Of a stretch of DNA of 64,000 bases, positions 1-8,155 are shown piece by piece. This stretch comes from Mailhella sp. GTDB lineage: Bacteria; Desulfobacterota; Desulfovibrionia; Desulfovibrionales; Desulfovibrionaceae. The notes beneath the pieces were generated by a model. The model saw nothing but the letters and a program-made list of their open reading frames with translations, ran no database searches and was not told the DNA's origin. Numbering within the stretch: the first letter of the stretch is position 1; each line of letters opens with the position of its first letter. The position numbers were made by a program, and so were the translations under genes. The stretch covers positions 3,425 to 67,424 of the forward strand of contig JAVBMS010000044.1 in assembly GCA_031552135.1 (NCBI GenBank). The letters run 5' to 3'.

Positions 1-659
1 TCGTCGGGCAGGCTGGGCAGTTCCGGGCTTTTTTGCCACAATTCCAGCGCAATGTCGCGGATATAGTCGCCCCGGTAATAGTCGTCCGGCCAGTCCACGG
101 TCAGGCCCGCCGCGTCGCGCAGGCGCAGCCACACCGAAAGGCCGAGCAGGCGCATCTGGCGGCCCGCGTCGTTGATGTAGTACTCCGTGCTGACGTGGTA
201 CCCGGCAAAACGCAGCAGCCGCGCCAGCGAATCGCCCACGGCCGCGCCCCGGCCGTGCCCGATGTGCAGCGGCCCCGTGGGGTTGGCGGAAACGAATTCC
301 ACCTGGATTTTGCGGCCCTGCCCGGTGTTGCCGGAGCCGAAGGCCGCGCCTTGCCGTTCCGTTTCGGGCACGACGCGCTGCCAGAAGGCGGGGGCCAGCG
401 TAATGTTCAAAAAGCCGGGCCCCGCGATCTCCAGTGCGGAGATTTCGGGCAGCCGGGCTTTGAGTTCGTCCGCCATGCGTTCGGCCAGGGCGCGGGGGGG
501 CAGCCCGGCCTGTTTGGTCAGCACCAGGGGCAGATTGCAGGCGAGGTCGCCGTGCCGGGGATCCTTGGGAGGCTCGATAACGGCTTTTTCGGGCCAGGAC
601 AGGCCCATGTCGTGGAGGATGGACTCCAGAGCCGTACGGAGCAGAACGATGTCGCGCAT
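1..659 (-). CDS. argS: arginine--tRNA ligase, N-terminal part (gene runs off the window start)
   Basis: Absent from the ORF track because it has no stop in the window. The reverse complement from ATG 659 reads MRDIVLLRTALESILHDMGL...VEFVSANPTGPLHIGHGRGAAVGDSLARLLRFAGYHVSTEYYINDAGRQM. This carries the class I HIGH motif and the ArgS-typical YINDxGxQ block. Confidence 0.9.
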   Translation of the reverse strand, partial: MRDIVLLRTALESILHDMGLSWPEKAVIEPPKDPRHGDLACNLPLVLTKQAGLPPRALAERMADELKARLPEISALEIAGPGFLNITLAPAFWQRVVPETERQGAAFGSGNTGQGRKIQVEFVSANPTGPLHIGHGRGAAVGDSLARLLRFAGYHVSTEYYINDAGRQMRLLGLSVWLRLRDAAGLTVDWPDDYYRGDYIRDIALELWQKSPELPSLPD

Positions 660-670
660 GAAAATGGCCT

Positions 671-1624
671 TCAGCCCTGGAACGCGTTGGCGGCGTCCAG
701 ATTGGGGATGTGTTCGGTGGAATAGCCGGTGTCCGGCACGTTGGAGGCCGTGAGGATGGGGCGCACCATGCGGGTGAGGACGCCCTGCGGGCCGAACTCC
801 AGCCAGCGGCGCACGCCGTCGTTCCACTGGTTGGTGATGGTGTCCACCCAGAGGACGGACGACGTCATCTGGCGGCGTATGGCGGCGTGGATTTTTTCGG
901 CCTCCGCCAGCGGTTCGCCGCTGACGTTGCAATACACGGGGAATCGCGCGTCGCGCCAGTCCTGCTTGTCGAGAATTTTGGAGAACTCGGCCGAGGCTTC
1001 GGCCATCAGCGGGGTATGGAACGCGCCGCTTACCGCCAGGGGCACGGCTTTGGCCTTGACGGCGCGGGCCGCTTCCACCAGTTCCTCCACCGCCTCGCGG
1101 TGGCCGCTGACGGCGTACTGGCTGGGGGTGTTGCGGTTGGCCACGCGCACCAGCTTGCCCGTGCGCTCGCACACGGCCTTGGCCATGGCTTCCACGTCGT
1201 CCAGGCTAAGGCGCAGGACGGCGTACATGGTGCCCACGCCGTCGGGATCGGCGTCCGCCATCAGGCGACCGCGCAGCGCCACCAGTTCCAGCACGGTTTC
1301 CGGAGGCAGAACGCCCGCGGAGGCCAGGGCGCTGAACTCGCCGAGGCTGTGCCCGGCCGCGCACAGGGGCGCCAGGCGGTCGCGCGTGTGGAACCACAGC
1401 GCCAGGTTGACCACGGTAATGGCCGGTTGCAGGTTGCGGGTGTCGGCCATCAGGGCGTCGTCGCCGCTGTCCCAGTAAATTTCGCGCAGGGGCAGGCCGC
1501 TGACGGCTTCGGCGTTTTTCCACAAAAGCATGGCGTCCGGCGAGGCTTCGGCCAGCATGCGGCCCATGCCGCGCGACTGGGAACCCTGGCCGGGAAAGAG
1601 TATGGCTGTGGGAGTTGCGGTCAT
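671..1624 (-). CDS. fabD: malonyl-CoA:ACP transacylase
   Basis: 317-aa ORF with FPGQGSQ near the N-terminus and the active-site GHSLGEFSAL motif. It ends 11 nt upstream of argS. Confidence 0.9.
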   Translation of the reverse strand: MTATPTAILFPGQGSQSRGMGRMLAEASPDAMLLWKNAEAVSGLPLREIYWDSGDDALMADTRNLQPAITVVNLALWFHTRDRLAPLCAAGHSLGEFSALASAGVLPPETVLELVALRGRLMADADPDGVGTMYAVLRLSLDDVEAMAKAVCERTGKLVRVANRNTPSQYAVSGHREAVEELVEAARAVKAKAVPLAVSGAFHTPLMAEASAEFSKILDKQDWRDARFPVYCNVSGEPLAEAEKIHAAIRRQMTSSVLWVDTITNQWNDGVRRWLEFGPQGVLTRMVRPILTASNVPDTGYSTEHIPNLDAANAFQG

Positions 1625-1689
1625 GTGCCATCCAGTACGCCGCCGGGCGGCGGCGATTATTTCGCGATTATCTTGTTCGGCTGCGGCAA

Positions 1690-2673
1690 TTAATCGTACT
1701 GGACGGCGCTGAACTTCATCAGGCGCTCCCAGTTGTGGTGGGACTCGATGTAACGGAAGGTGCCCGTTTTGGCGCGGATGACCAGCGAATGCGTGACGGC
1801 GCCGCTGCCGGAATACTGCACGCCCCGCAAAAAGTCGCCGCCGGAAATGCCGGTGGCCGCGAAAAAGGCGTCGTCCGCGCGGATCATGGATTCCACGGAA
1901 AGGATCTCGCGGATGTCCACGCCGGCCTGCTCGATGCTTTCTTTTTCCACATAGGACTGCGGATCAAGCCGGCCGAGGATCTGGCCGCCAACGCCCTTGA
2001 TGGCGCAGGCCGCGATCACGCCTTCGGGCGTGCCGCCCGTGCCCATCATCACGTCCACGTCGGTGCGGGGGTCGGCCACCATGAGCGCGCCGGCCACGTC
2101 GCCGTCGGTGTGCAACTGAATGCGCGCGCCCACGGCGCGGATTTCCTGGATCAGCTTTTCGTGGCGGGGCTTGTCGAGCACAAAGACCACGAGGTCGTTG
2201 ATGTCTTTGCCGATGGCCTTGGCGATGCGCGTGAGGTTGTCTTTGACCGGGGCGTCCAGATCGACGACGTTGCGCGCGGCGTGGCCCACCACCAGTTTTT
2301 GCATGTAATAGCTGGGGCCGGGGTTGTACATGCGGCCGCCCGCGCAGACGCCGACCACGGATATGGCGTTGGGCCGCCCGTAGGCCAGCAGGCGCGTGCC
2401 TTCCACCGGGTCCACGGCCACGTCCAGCGCCGGGCCGGAGCCCGTGCCCACGCTTTCGCCGGTGTACAGCATGGGGGCTTTGTCCTTGGCCCCTTCGCCG
2501 ATGATGACCGTCCCGTTGATGTCCAGCGAATTGAAGGAGAGGCGCATGGCGTCCACGGCCGCCCCGTCGCCGGCTTCTTTGTCTCCGCGGCCCAGCCAGC
2601 GGGCGGCGGAAAGCGCGGCGGATTCCGTCACGCGCACCAGATCGAAGGCCAGATTTTTTTCAGGGGTCTGCAT
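1690..2673 (-). CDS. glpX: class II fructose-1,6-bisphosphatase
   Basis: Track ORF 1690..2691. The N-terminus has the GlpX pattern (LAFDLVRVTESAALSAARWLGRGDK, GEGAKDKAPML). I moved the start to ATG 2673, which has GAGGAG 6 nt upstream. Confidence 0.85.
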   Translation of the reverse strand: MQTPEKNLAFDLVRVTESAALSAARWLGRGDKEAGDGAAVDAMRLSFNSLDINGTVIIGEGAKDKAPMLYTGESVGTGSGPALDVAVDPVEGTRLLAYGRPNAISVVGVCAGGRMYNPGPSYYMQKLVVGHAARNVVDLDAPVKDNLTRIAKAIGKDINDLVVFVLDKPRHEKLIQEIRAVGARIQLHTDGDVAGALMVADPRTDVDVMMGTGGTPEGVIAACAIKGVGGQILGRLDPQSYVEKESIEQAGVDIREILSVESMIRADDAFFAATGISGGDFLRGVQYSGSGAVTHSLVIRAKTGTFRYIESHHNWERLMKFSAVQYD

Positions 2674-2811
2674 GGCTGTCTCCTCGCGCACCGCGTGAAA
2701 CGCGGGCGTCGCTACATTTTTTCAGTCACCCGTTCTTATACCTGAGCGCCCGGCGCTCTTCAAGAAGAAATCCGGGCGGCTGGGCGCGCGGCAAACGCTG
2801 CGGAACAGCCC

Positions 2812-3768
2812 CTAAAGAAAAAGATCGGGATCAGCGGGCAGGGCGTCCCAACGGACTTTGCCCGCGCTTTTCCGGAATTTGCGCAAAAGCACATAGAGCG
2901 CGCCGGGGCCGCCGTCTTCGCGCTTGGCGGTGCAAAAGGCCAGCACGACGCGGCGGAAGGGATCCTGCGTCAGCCATTGCTGGATTTTGGCCCGCAGCAC
3001 GGGGGAGCCGTCCGGCGAATTGAGGCCGCGCCCCGTGACCACAAGCACGGTACGCGCGCCCTTGAGGTACGCGCCGCGAAAAAAATGCACCAGATTGTGG
3101 AAAGCCTGCTCGCTGTTCAGGCCGTGCAGGTCGATGTGCATTTCCGGGCTGTACTGGCGCGACTGCAACTTGCCCACGGTCAGCATGTCCAGCCCTACCA
3201 CATGGCCCTCCACGTATTCGTCGGAAGCGCTGAGGGCGAATTCCAGCTTGCCGTCCAAAAAATCCTGCAACGGATTGGATTCGGGCGCAGGGGGCACGGG
3301 CGCGGGCTCCGGGGGCACTTCGCGCCCCTTGCCGGCCAGCGGGGCCACGCCCTTGATGGCGCTCAGAAAGGAATGCGCTTCGGCGTCGGGATCCGCGAGG
3401 CCAAGGGCGTCCGCCAGAGGGGAAGCGCGCTCCTCGCGCGGTGTGGAGGGCGCGGGCGGCGGAGCGGGCTTCGGCTTGCGGCTTTTTTGCAGGGCGCGGG
3501 CGAACAGCTCGCTGTCGTCCTTCATTTCAAGCGTATCAAGCGGCGCAAGCCGGGCGAGGGGATCGCGGGCCGGAGCCTTTTCTTCCTTGGGTATGGGCTT
3601 GACCTGGGACATGGCCCGCACAAAAAGCGCTTCCTCCGGGTCTTGCGGCAGATCGTCCGCCGGCGCGGGGCGTTTGGCCTTGGCGGGCGCGGGGGAAGAG
3701 CGGAAGCGCGCCGCGTCGAGCCGGGCAAAGGGATTGTCGGGATTCTTTTTGGAGGAAGCGTCTTTCAT
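2812..3768 (-). CDS. Smr domain protein with a long low-complexity N-terminus
   Basis: The C-terminal ~80 aa (HIDLHGLNSEQAFHNLVHFFRGAYLKGARTVLVVTGRGLNSPDGSPVLRAKIQQWL) look like a Smr / MutS2 C-terminal domain. The first ~200 aa are rich in Pro, Ala, Lys and Glu. Confidence 0.75.
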   Translation of the reverse strand: MKDASSKKNPDNPFARLDAARFRSSPAPAKAKRPAPADDLPQDPEEALFVRAMSQVKPIPKEEKAPARDPLARLAPLDTLEMKDDSELFARALQKSRKPKPAPPPAPSTPREERASPLADALGLADPDAEAHSFLSAIKGVAPLAGKGREVPPEPAPVPPAPESNPLQDFLDGKLEFALSASDEYVEGHVVGLDMLTVGKLQSRQYSPEMHIDLHGLNSEQAFHNLVHFFRGAYLKGARTVLVVTGRGLNSPDGSPVLRAKIQQWLTQDPFRRVVLAFCTAKREDGGPGALYVLLRKFRKSAGKVRWDALPADPDLFL

Positions 3769-3802
3769 AGGGCGGGCCCAAAATCCAGGCTGAACATGCA
3801 GG

Positions 3803-4306
3803 TTAAAAATCCAGTCCCTTGACGGCAGGGATCCCCTGTTGCCAGGGATGTTTGAGTTCGCGCATCTCCGTGACCAGATCGACCTTGGCGAGCCATTCTT
3901 CCGGAAAGCCGCGTCCCGAAAGGATCAGGTGGCGTTCCAGGCTGCGTGACAGTTCAAGCAATTCTTGAAGTTCAGCCTTGTTGATCAGGTTGTGCCCCAG
4001 CGCGTAAAGGCATTCGTCCAAAATCAGCACGTCCACCCCGGGCAGTTTTTCCCGGGCCCAGACCAGCGTGCGGAACGCCGCCTCGCGGTGCAGGTGGCGT
4101 TCGGCCTCGTTGCGGAAAAAGCCGGCCCCTCCGGCCAGAAAATTGTCCGCCAGATGCTGCCTTAAAAACGCCTGTTCTCCGGCCTCGCCGTCGCGTTTCA
4201 TGAACTGGGCGAAGGCAACGTTCAGGCCGTGGCCGAGCGCCCGAACCGCCTGACCCAGGCAGGCGGACGTCTTGCCCTTGCCGGAGCCGGTATAGACTAA
4301 AATCAT
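3803..4306 (-). CDS. cobO: cob(I)yrinic acid a,c-diamide / cob(I)alamin adenosyltransferase (CobO/BtuR type)
   Basis: MILVYTGSGKGKTSACLGQAVRALGHG P-loop followed by VLILDE, the CobO/BtuR pattern. The 312-aa track ORF was trimmed to ATG 4306, which overlaps the stop of the upstream gene (ATGA). Confidence 0.85.
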   Translation of the reverse strand: MILVYTGSGKGKTSACLGQAVRALGHGLNVAFAQFMKRDGEAGEQAFLRQHLADNFLAGGAGFFRNEAERHLHREAAFRTLVWAREKLPGVDVLILDECLYALGHNLINKAELQELLELSRSLERHLILSGRGFPEEWLAKVDLVTEMRELKHPWQQGIPAVKGLDF

Positions 4307-5307
4307 GGCAAACTCCAGATGCCGGGCGTCATGGCGGCGCAACGCGGGCAGACGCCCTTGAAATCCGGCGCCTTGCGGATTTGAAAGCCCCGGCGTTCGA
4401 TTAAGGTTTCGCCGCAGGTGGCGCAGCGTGTGGATTGATCCGTGGCGGTGTTGCCGACGTAGACGAACGAAAGCCCTTCGTCGCGGCCGATGTCCGCCGC
4501 GTCGCGCAGGATTTCTTGCGGGGTGGGCGGGGTGGACAGCATGTGGCGGCAGGGGTGGAAGGCGGAAATATGCCACGGTGTGTCGCGGCCCAGCTCCTGG
4601 CTGACGAAGCGGGCGATGTCGCGCAGTTCCGCCGGATCGTCGTTGACGCCGGGCACGATCAGCGTGGTCGTTTCCAGCCACCAGCCCAGGGCCTTCATGC
4701 GCTTCAGGTTGTCCAGCACGGGTTGGAGGCGGCCCTTGCAATAGCGGCGGTAGGTTTCGTCCCGGAAGCTTTTAAGGTCGATATTGGCCGCCTGGATGCG
4801 GTTTTTGAGCGCGTCCAGGCAGGCGGGACTCTGGAAGCCGTTGGAAACCATGATGGTGCCGAGGCCGGCGGTTAGGGCGCGATCCGCGGTTTCGGCCATC
4901 AGTTCAAAAAAGACCGTGGGCTCGGTGTAGGTGAAGGCCACGCTGCGGCACTGCTGTTCCCCGGCCGCGTGCACCAGGGCTTCCGGCGTGGCGGGCGTGG
5001 AGCGGATACGCCCGGTTTCCGCCGCCTCGCGTGAAATGCTGTCGTTCTGGCACCAGGCGCAGTCAAAATTGCAGCCCGCCGTGCCGAAGGAAAAGGTCAG
5101 CGTGCCCGGCAGGTAGTGGTAGAGCGGCTTTTTTTCCACCGGATCCACATGCCAGGCGGCCACACCGTCGCGCACCAGGCTTTCCAGCGTTTGGCCGTTA
5201 TGGCGGCGTACGCCGCAGCGTCCGGTTTCGCCGGGATCCAGCAGGCAGGCGTGGGCGCACAAAAGGCATTGCGCCTTGCCCGAATCCAGGTATTTCGCGG
5301 TATTCAT
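4303..5307 (-). CDS. radical SAM enzyme, AmmeMemoRadiSam-system (AmrS) type
   Basis: CNFDCAWCQN is the CxxxCxxC radical SAM cluster motif. The protein also has an N-terminal CLLCAHAC...GRCGVR, DPVEKKPLYHYLPG, and a C-terminal CATCG...CPRC pair, matching my recollection of TIGR04337-type proteins. Start set at ATG 5307 (GGGGAG 7 nt upstream), overlapping the upstream stop. Confidence 0.7.
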   Translation of the reverse strand: MNTAKYLDSGKAQCLLCAHACLLDPGETGRCGVRRHNGQTLESLVRDGVAAWHVDPVEKKPLYHYLPGTLTFSFGTAGCNFDCAWCQNDSISREAAETGRIRSTPATPEALVHAAGEQQCRSVAFTYTEPTVFFELMAETADRALTAGLGTIMVSNGFQSPACLDALKNRIQAANIDLKSFRDETYRRYCKGRLQPVLDNLKRMKALGWWLETTTLIVPGVNDDPAELRDIARFVSQELGRDTPWHISAFHPCRHMLSTPPTPQEILRDAADIGRDEGLSFVYVGNTATDQSTRCATCGETLIERRGFQIRKAPDFKGVCPRCAAMTPGIWSLP

Positions 5308-5630
5308 GGCTTGTCTCCCCGGAATTTCAGCCACACGCGCTCCTGCGCGTTTTTGCCGGGCCAGGGAACAAAAATATCCGGCTCCACGATCAGCGGCGGT
5401 GCGGCCGGTTGCTCCGCCGGCGGCGCGGGGTGGACGCCCCAGACTTCGTCGCCGGTGGCGGAGTCATGATAATGAAAAATGTCGGGCGACTGCGTGCCCA
5501 TAACCGTGTCGGGCCGCTCCGGCGCCGGGCGGGGAGCGTCCTTTGCGAGCGGCGCATCGGCCGCGCGGGCCGGGCACGGCGCGGCCGCCAGGATTGCGGC
5601 GCAGGCCAGAATGAGGCAAGGTCTCATCAT
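5304..5630 (-). CDS. small secreted protein of unknown function (about 108 aa)
   Basis: MMRPCLILACAAILAAAPCPARA-ADAP looks like a Sec signal peptide with an AxA cleavage site. AAGGGGG lies just upstream. The stop overlaps the radical SAM start. I recognise no family. Confidence 0.5.
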   Translation of the reverse strand: MMRPCLILACAAILAAAPCPARAADAPLAKDAPRPAPERPDTVMGTQSPDIFHYHDSATGDEVWGVHPAPPAEQPAAPPLIVEPDIFVPWPGKNAQERVWLKFRGDKP

Positions 5631-5699
5631 AAGCCCCCTTGGCAAGAAGGGCGGAAACGATTATGAAGGAACGTCGGATACGACAAGGAGTTTTGCATC

Positions 5700-6755
5700 A
5701 TGAGCGCGTCCCGTTCCCAAGCCTATACCGATGCCGGGGTAAATATCAATGCCGGCAATGAACTGGTTTCCCGCATTAAAAAGCTGGTAGCCTCCACCCA
5801 CACGCACGGCGTCATTTCCGACATCGGCGGTTTTGGCGGCCTTTTCCGCCCCGACGTCCGCAATATGGAGGCCCCGGTGCTGGTGGCTTCGACCGACGGC
5901 GTGGGAACCAAGCTTAAATTGGCTTCGTTGTTCAACAAGCACGACACCGTTGGTATCGATCTTGTCGCCATGAGCGTCAACGATATTCTGGTGCAGGGCG
6001 CGCGCCCCCTGTTCTTTTTGGATTATTTCGCCACCGGGGCGCTGGACGTTGATCTGGCGGAGGCCGTGATCGGCGGCATCGCCGAAGGCTGCCGCCGCGC
6101 CGGGTGTTCGCTGCTGGGCGGAGAAACGGCGGAAATGCCCGGCATGTACGCGCCCGGCGATTACGATCTGGCCGGTTTCTGCGTCGGCCTGGTGGACAGC
6201 GCCGACATTATCGACGGTTCCGGCATCAGCGTGGGCGACGTGGTGATCGGCCTGGCCTCGTCCGGCGTCCACTCCAACGGCTATACGCTGGTACGCAAGA
6301 TTTTTGAAGCCAGCGGCGCTTCGCCCGACGACATCATGCCCGGCGACGACCGCACCTTCCGCGACGTCCTTTTGGAACCGACCATCATTTATACCGATCT
6401 TCTGCGTTCGCTCATGCGCGACCTGCACATCAAGGGCATGGTGCATGTGACCGGCGGCGGATTTTACGACAATATTCCCCGCGTGCTGCCCCAGGCCGTG
6501 TGCGCCCGGATCGACTTTTCTAACTGGGAAAAAGCGCCGGTGTTCCAGTGGCTGCGCGAGCAGGGCGGCCTGACCTGGCCGGAAATGCTGCAAATTTTCA
6601 ACTGCGGCATCGGCTTCATTCTGGTTGTGGATCGCGCCACGGCGGACGAAATCATGCCCCGGCTCGCGCCCATGAATATCGGGGCCTGGGAAATCGGCAC
6701 CATCGCCCACCGCGCGGCGGACGGCGAGCAGGTGGAAATAGTGTTCGACGCATAA
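5700..6755 (+). CDS. purM: phosphoribosylformylglycinamidine cyclo-ligase (AIR synthetase)
   Basis: 351-aa ORF with YTDAGVNINAGNELV and STDGVGTKLKLA, and overall PurM layout. AAGGAG lies upstream. Confidence 0.92.
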   Translation: MSASRSQAYTDAGVNINAGNELVSRIKKLVASTHTHGVISDIGGFGGLFRPDVRNMEAPVLVASTDGVGTKLKLASLFNKHDTVGIDLVAMSVNDILVQGARPLFFLDYFATGALDVDLAEAVIGGIAEGCRRAGCSLLGGETAEMPGMYAPGDYDLAGFCVGLVDSADIIDGSGISVGDVVIGLASSGVHSNGYTLVRKIFEASGASPDDIMPGDDRTFRDVLLEPTIIYTDLLRSLMRDLHIKGMVHVTGGGFYDNIPRVLPQAVCARIDFSNWEKAPVFQWLREQGGLTWPEMLQIFNCGIGFILVVDRATADEIMPRLAPMNIGAWEIGTIAHRAADGEQVEIVFDA

Positions 6756-6781
6756 CGGTTTGCCGTCTTCGCTACTCGTTC

Positions 6782-6807
6782 AAGGGGAAACCGCTGTGTT
6801 TCCCCTT
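6782..6807 (+). terminator. stem-loop after purM (possible weak terminator or intercistronic hairpin)
   Basis: AAGGGGAAAC / GTTTCCCCTT forms a 10-bp stem with a 6-nt loop, 27 nt after the purM stop. There is no clear U-tract. Confidence 0.35.
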
Positions 6808-6824
6808 GTGCCTTAAGGAGCCCG

Positions 6825-7295
6825 ATGCCGCTTCCTCAGGACTTTACAGGCCATTATGCCGTGGCTTCTTCCGCGCCGTTTGTGGCCAGCGCCTGCCTGG
6901 CGGGCGTGCCTTGCCGCTATGACGGCGGGGCGACGCCCTTCGCGCCGGTGTACGATCTGGCGCGCGAGGGCCGGGCCTTGCTGGTCTGCCCTGAATTGCT
7001 GGGCGGCCTTGGCGTGCCGCGCGCCGCGTGCGAGAGAACGGGCCAGGCCGTGCTGGGGAAGGACGGCGCGGACGTCACAGCGGCCTTTGCGCGCGGCGCG
7101 GCGGAAGCCCTGAGGCTGGCCCGCGCCTGGGGCTGCAAGACCGCGATTTTAAAAGCCCGCTCGCCTTCGTGCGGCGTGGGCCGCATTTACGACGGCACAT
7201 TCTCCGGCGTGCTGATTCCCGGCGACGGCGTGTTCGCCGCGCTGCTCCGCGCCGCAGGGCTTGCGCTGTGGACGGAGGAGACGTTCCGGGCATGA
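6825..7295 (+). CDS. DUF523 family protein (TudS-like, putative Fe-S)
   Basis: SACLAGVPCRYDGG ... LLVCPELLGGLGVPR ... AILKARSPSCGVGRIYDG matches the DUF523 pattern, with three conserved Cys. Confidence 0.7.
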   Translation: MPLPQDFTGHYAVASSAPFVASACLAGVPCRYDGGATPFAPVYDLAREGRALLVCPELLGGLGVPRAACERTGQAVLGKDGADVTAAFARGAAEALRLARAWGCKTAILKARSPSCGVGRIYDGTFSGVLIPGDGVFAALLRAAGLALWTEETFRA

Positions 7296-8068
7296 AGCGA
7301 GGCATCCTGCTTGCGGCGTTCGGGGCCGGCAACGAGCAAAGCGCGACAACGCTGCGCCTTGTGCGCGCCGCTGTGGAAGAGCGCTTTGGCCTGCCCGCGC
7401 GCTGGGCCTTTACGTCCGGCCCCCTGCGCGAGCGCCTGGCCCGGGCGCGCACCAAGTCCGACTCGGTGCTCAAGGCTTTGGAGCGGATGCGCTTTGAGCG
7501 TTACGATCAGGTGGCCGTGCAGTCGCTGCACGTGATTCCGGGCCTGGAATACGAGGGCGTGCTGGACGATGCGCGCCGGATCGCAACGCCGGACTTTCGC
7601 GTCAGCGTGGGCGGGCCGCTGCTGGCGTCCGCCGAGGACGTAACGGCGGCCACGGCGGCGCTTTTGCGCCACATGCCGCCCGATCGCCTGCCCGGCGAGC
7701 CCGTGGTCTGCATGGGCCACGGCAGCGGCCATGCGGCGGAGGCATGGTACGGCGCCTGGGCCGAAAGCGCTCGCGCGGCGGATCCCAATCTGCACATCGC
7801 CTGCATGAAGGGCAACGTGACGCTGGAAACGGTCGCTCCCCGCCTCGCCGGGCCTCGCGTCTGGCTTTTGCCGCTGCTCTCCGTGGTGGGCCGGCACACG
7901 CTGCACGATATGGGCGGATCGCGTTCCGGTTCCTGGAAAAAACGCCTGGAAGACATGGGCTTTGAGGTGCGGACGGACGTGCGCGGCCTTGCGGATGGCC
8001 CGGACTTCGTGGCGCTGTGGATGGACAGGCTGGCCCTGGCGCTGGCCGTCCTTGATCTCCGTCTTTGA
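7292..8068 (+). CDS. cbiK: sirohydrochlorin cobaltochelatase, CbiK type, no signal peptide
   Basis: MKRGILLAAFGAGNEQS ... VAVQSLHVIPGLEYEGV ... LLPLLSVVGRHTLHDM fits the class II chelatase pattern. ATG 7292 overlaps the DUF523 stop (ATGA). The 346-aa track ORF was trimmed. Confidence 0.75.
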   Translation: MKRGILLAAFGAGNEQSATTLRLVRAAVEERFGLPARWAFTSGPLRERLARARTKSDSVLKALERMRFERYDQVAVQSLHVIPGLEYEGVLDDARRIATPDFRVSVGGPLLASAEDVTAATAALLRHMPPDRLPGEPVVCMGHGSGHAAEAWYGAWAESARAADPNLHIACMKGNVTLETVAPRLAGPRVWLLPLLSVVGRHTLHDMGGSRSGSWKKRLEDMGFEVRTDVRGLADGPDFVALWMDRLALALAVLDLRL

Positions 8069-8155
8069 CGTCTGTTCTTGACGCCGCGCCATGAGCATGG
8101 AATGAAAGGACGTTCCCGGCGCGCCGGGCGGCTTTTAACTTTTGCGGAGGGTGGC

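Noticed and set aside
3803-4741. 5'-extended versions of real genes in the ORF track. Examples: 312-aa cobO ORF, 473-aa ICMT ORF 9345..10766, 361-aa ORF 39027..40112, 351-aa glyQ ORF 44628..45683, 288-aa recO ORF 45523..46389, 188-aa bfr ORF 49588..50154 and 401-aa regulator ORF 52227..53432.
   Set aside because: The extensions overlap upstream genes in another frame, have Arg/Pro-rich nonsense-like composition, and precede internal start codons that have Shine-Dalgarno sequences and match the N-termini expected for the family. I trimmed them to the internal starts.
8115-8128. Palindrome CCCGGCGCGCCGGG followed by CGGCTTTTAACTTTT after cbiK, as a possible terminator.
   Set aside because: The usable stem is only ~5 bp around a 4-nt loop, and the T-run is separated from the stem. 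This is too weak to call without transcript 3'-end data.
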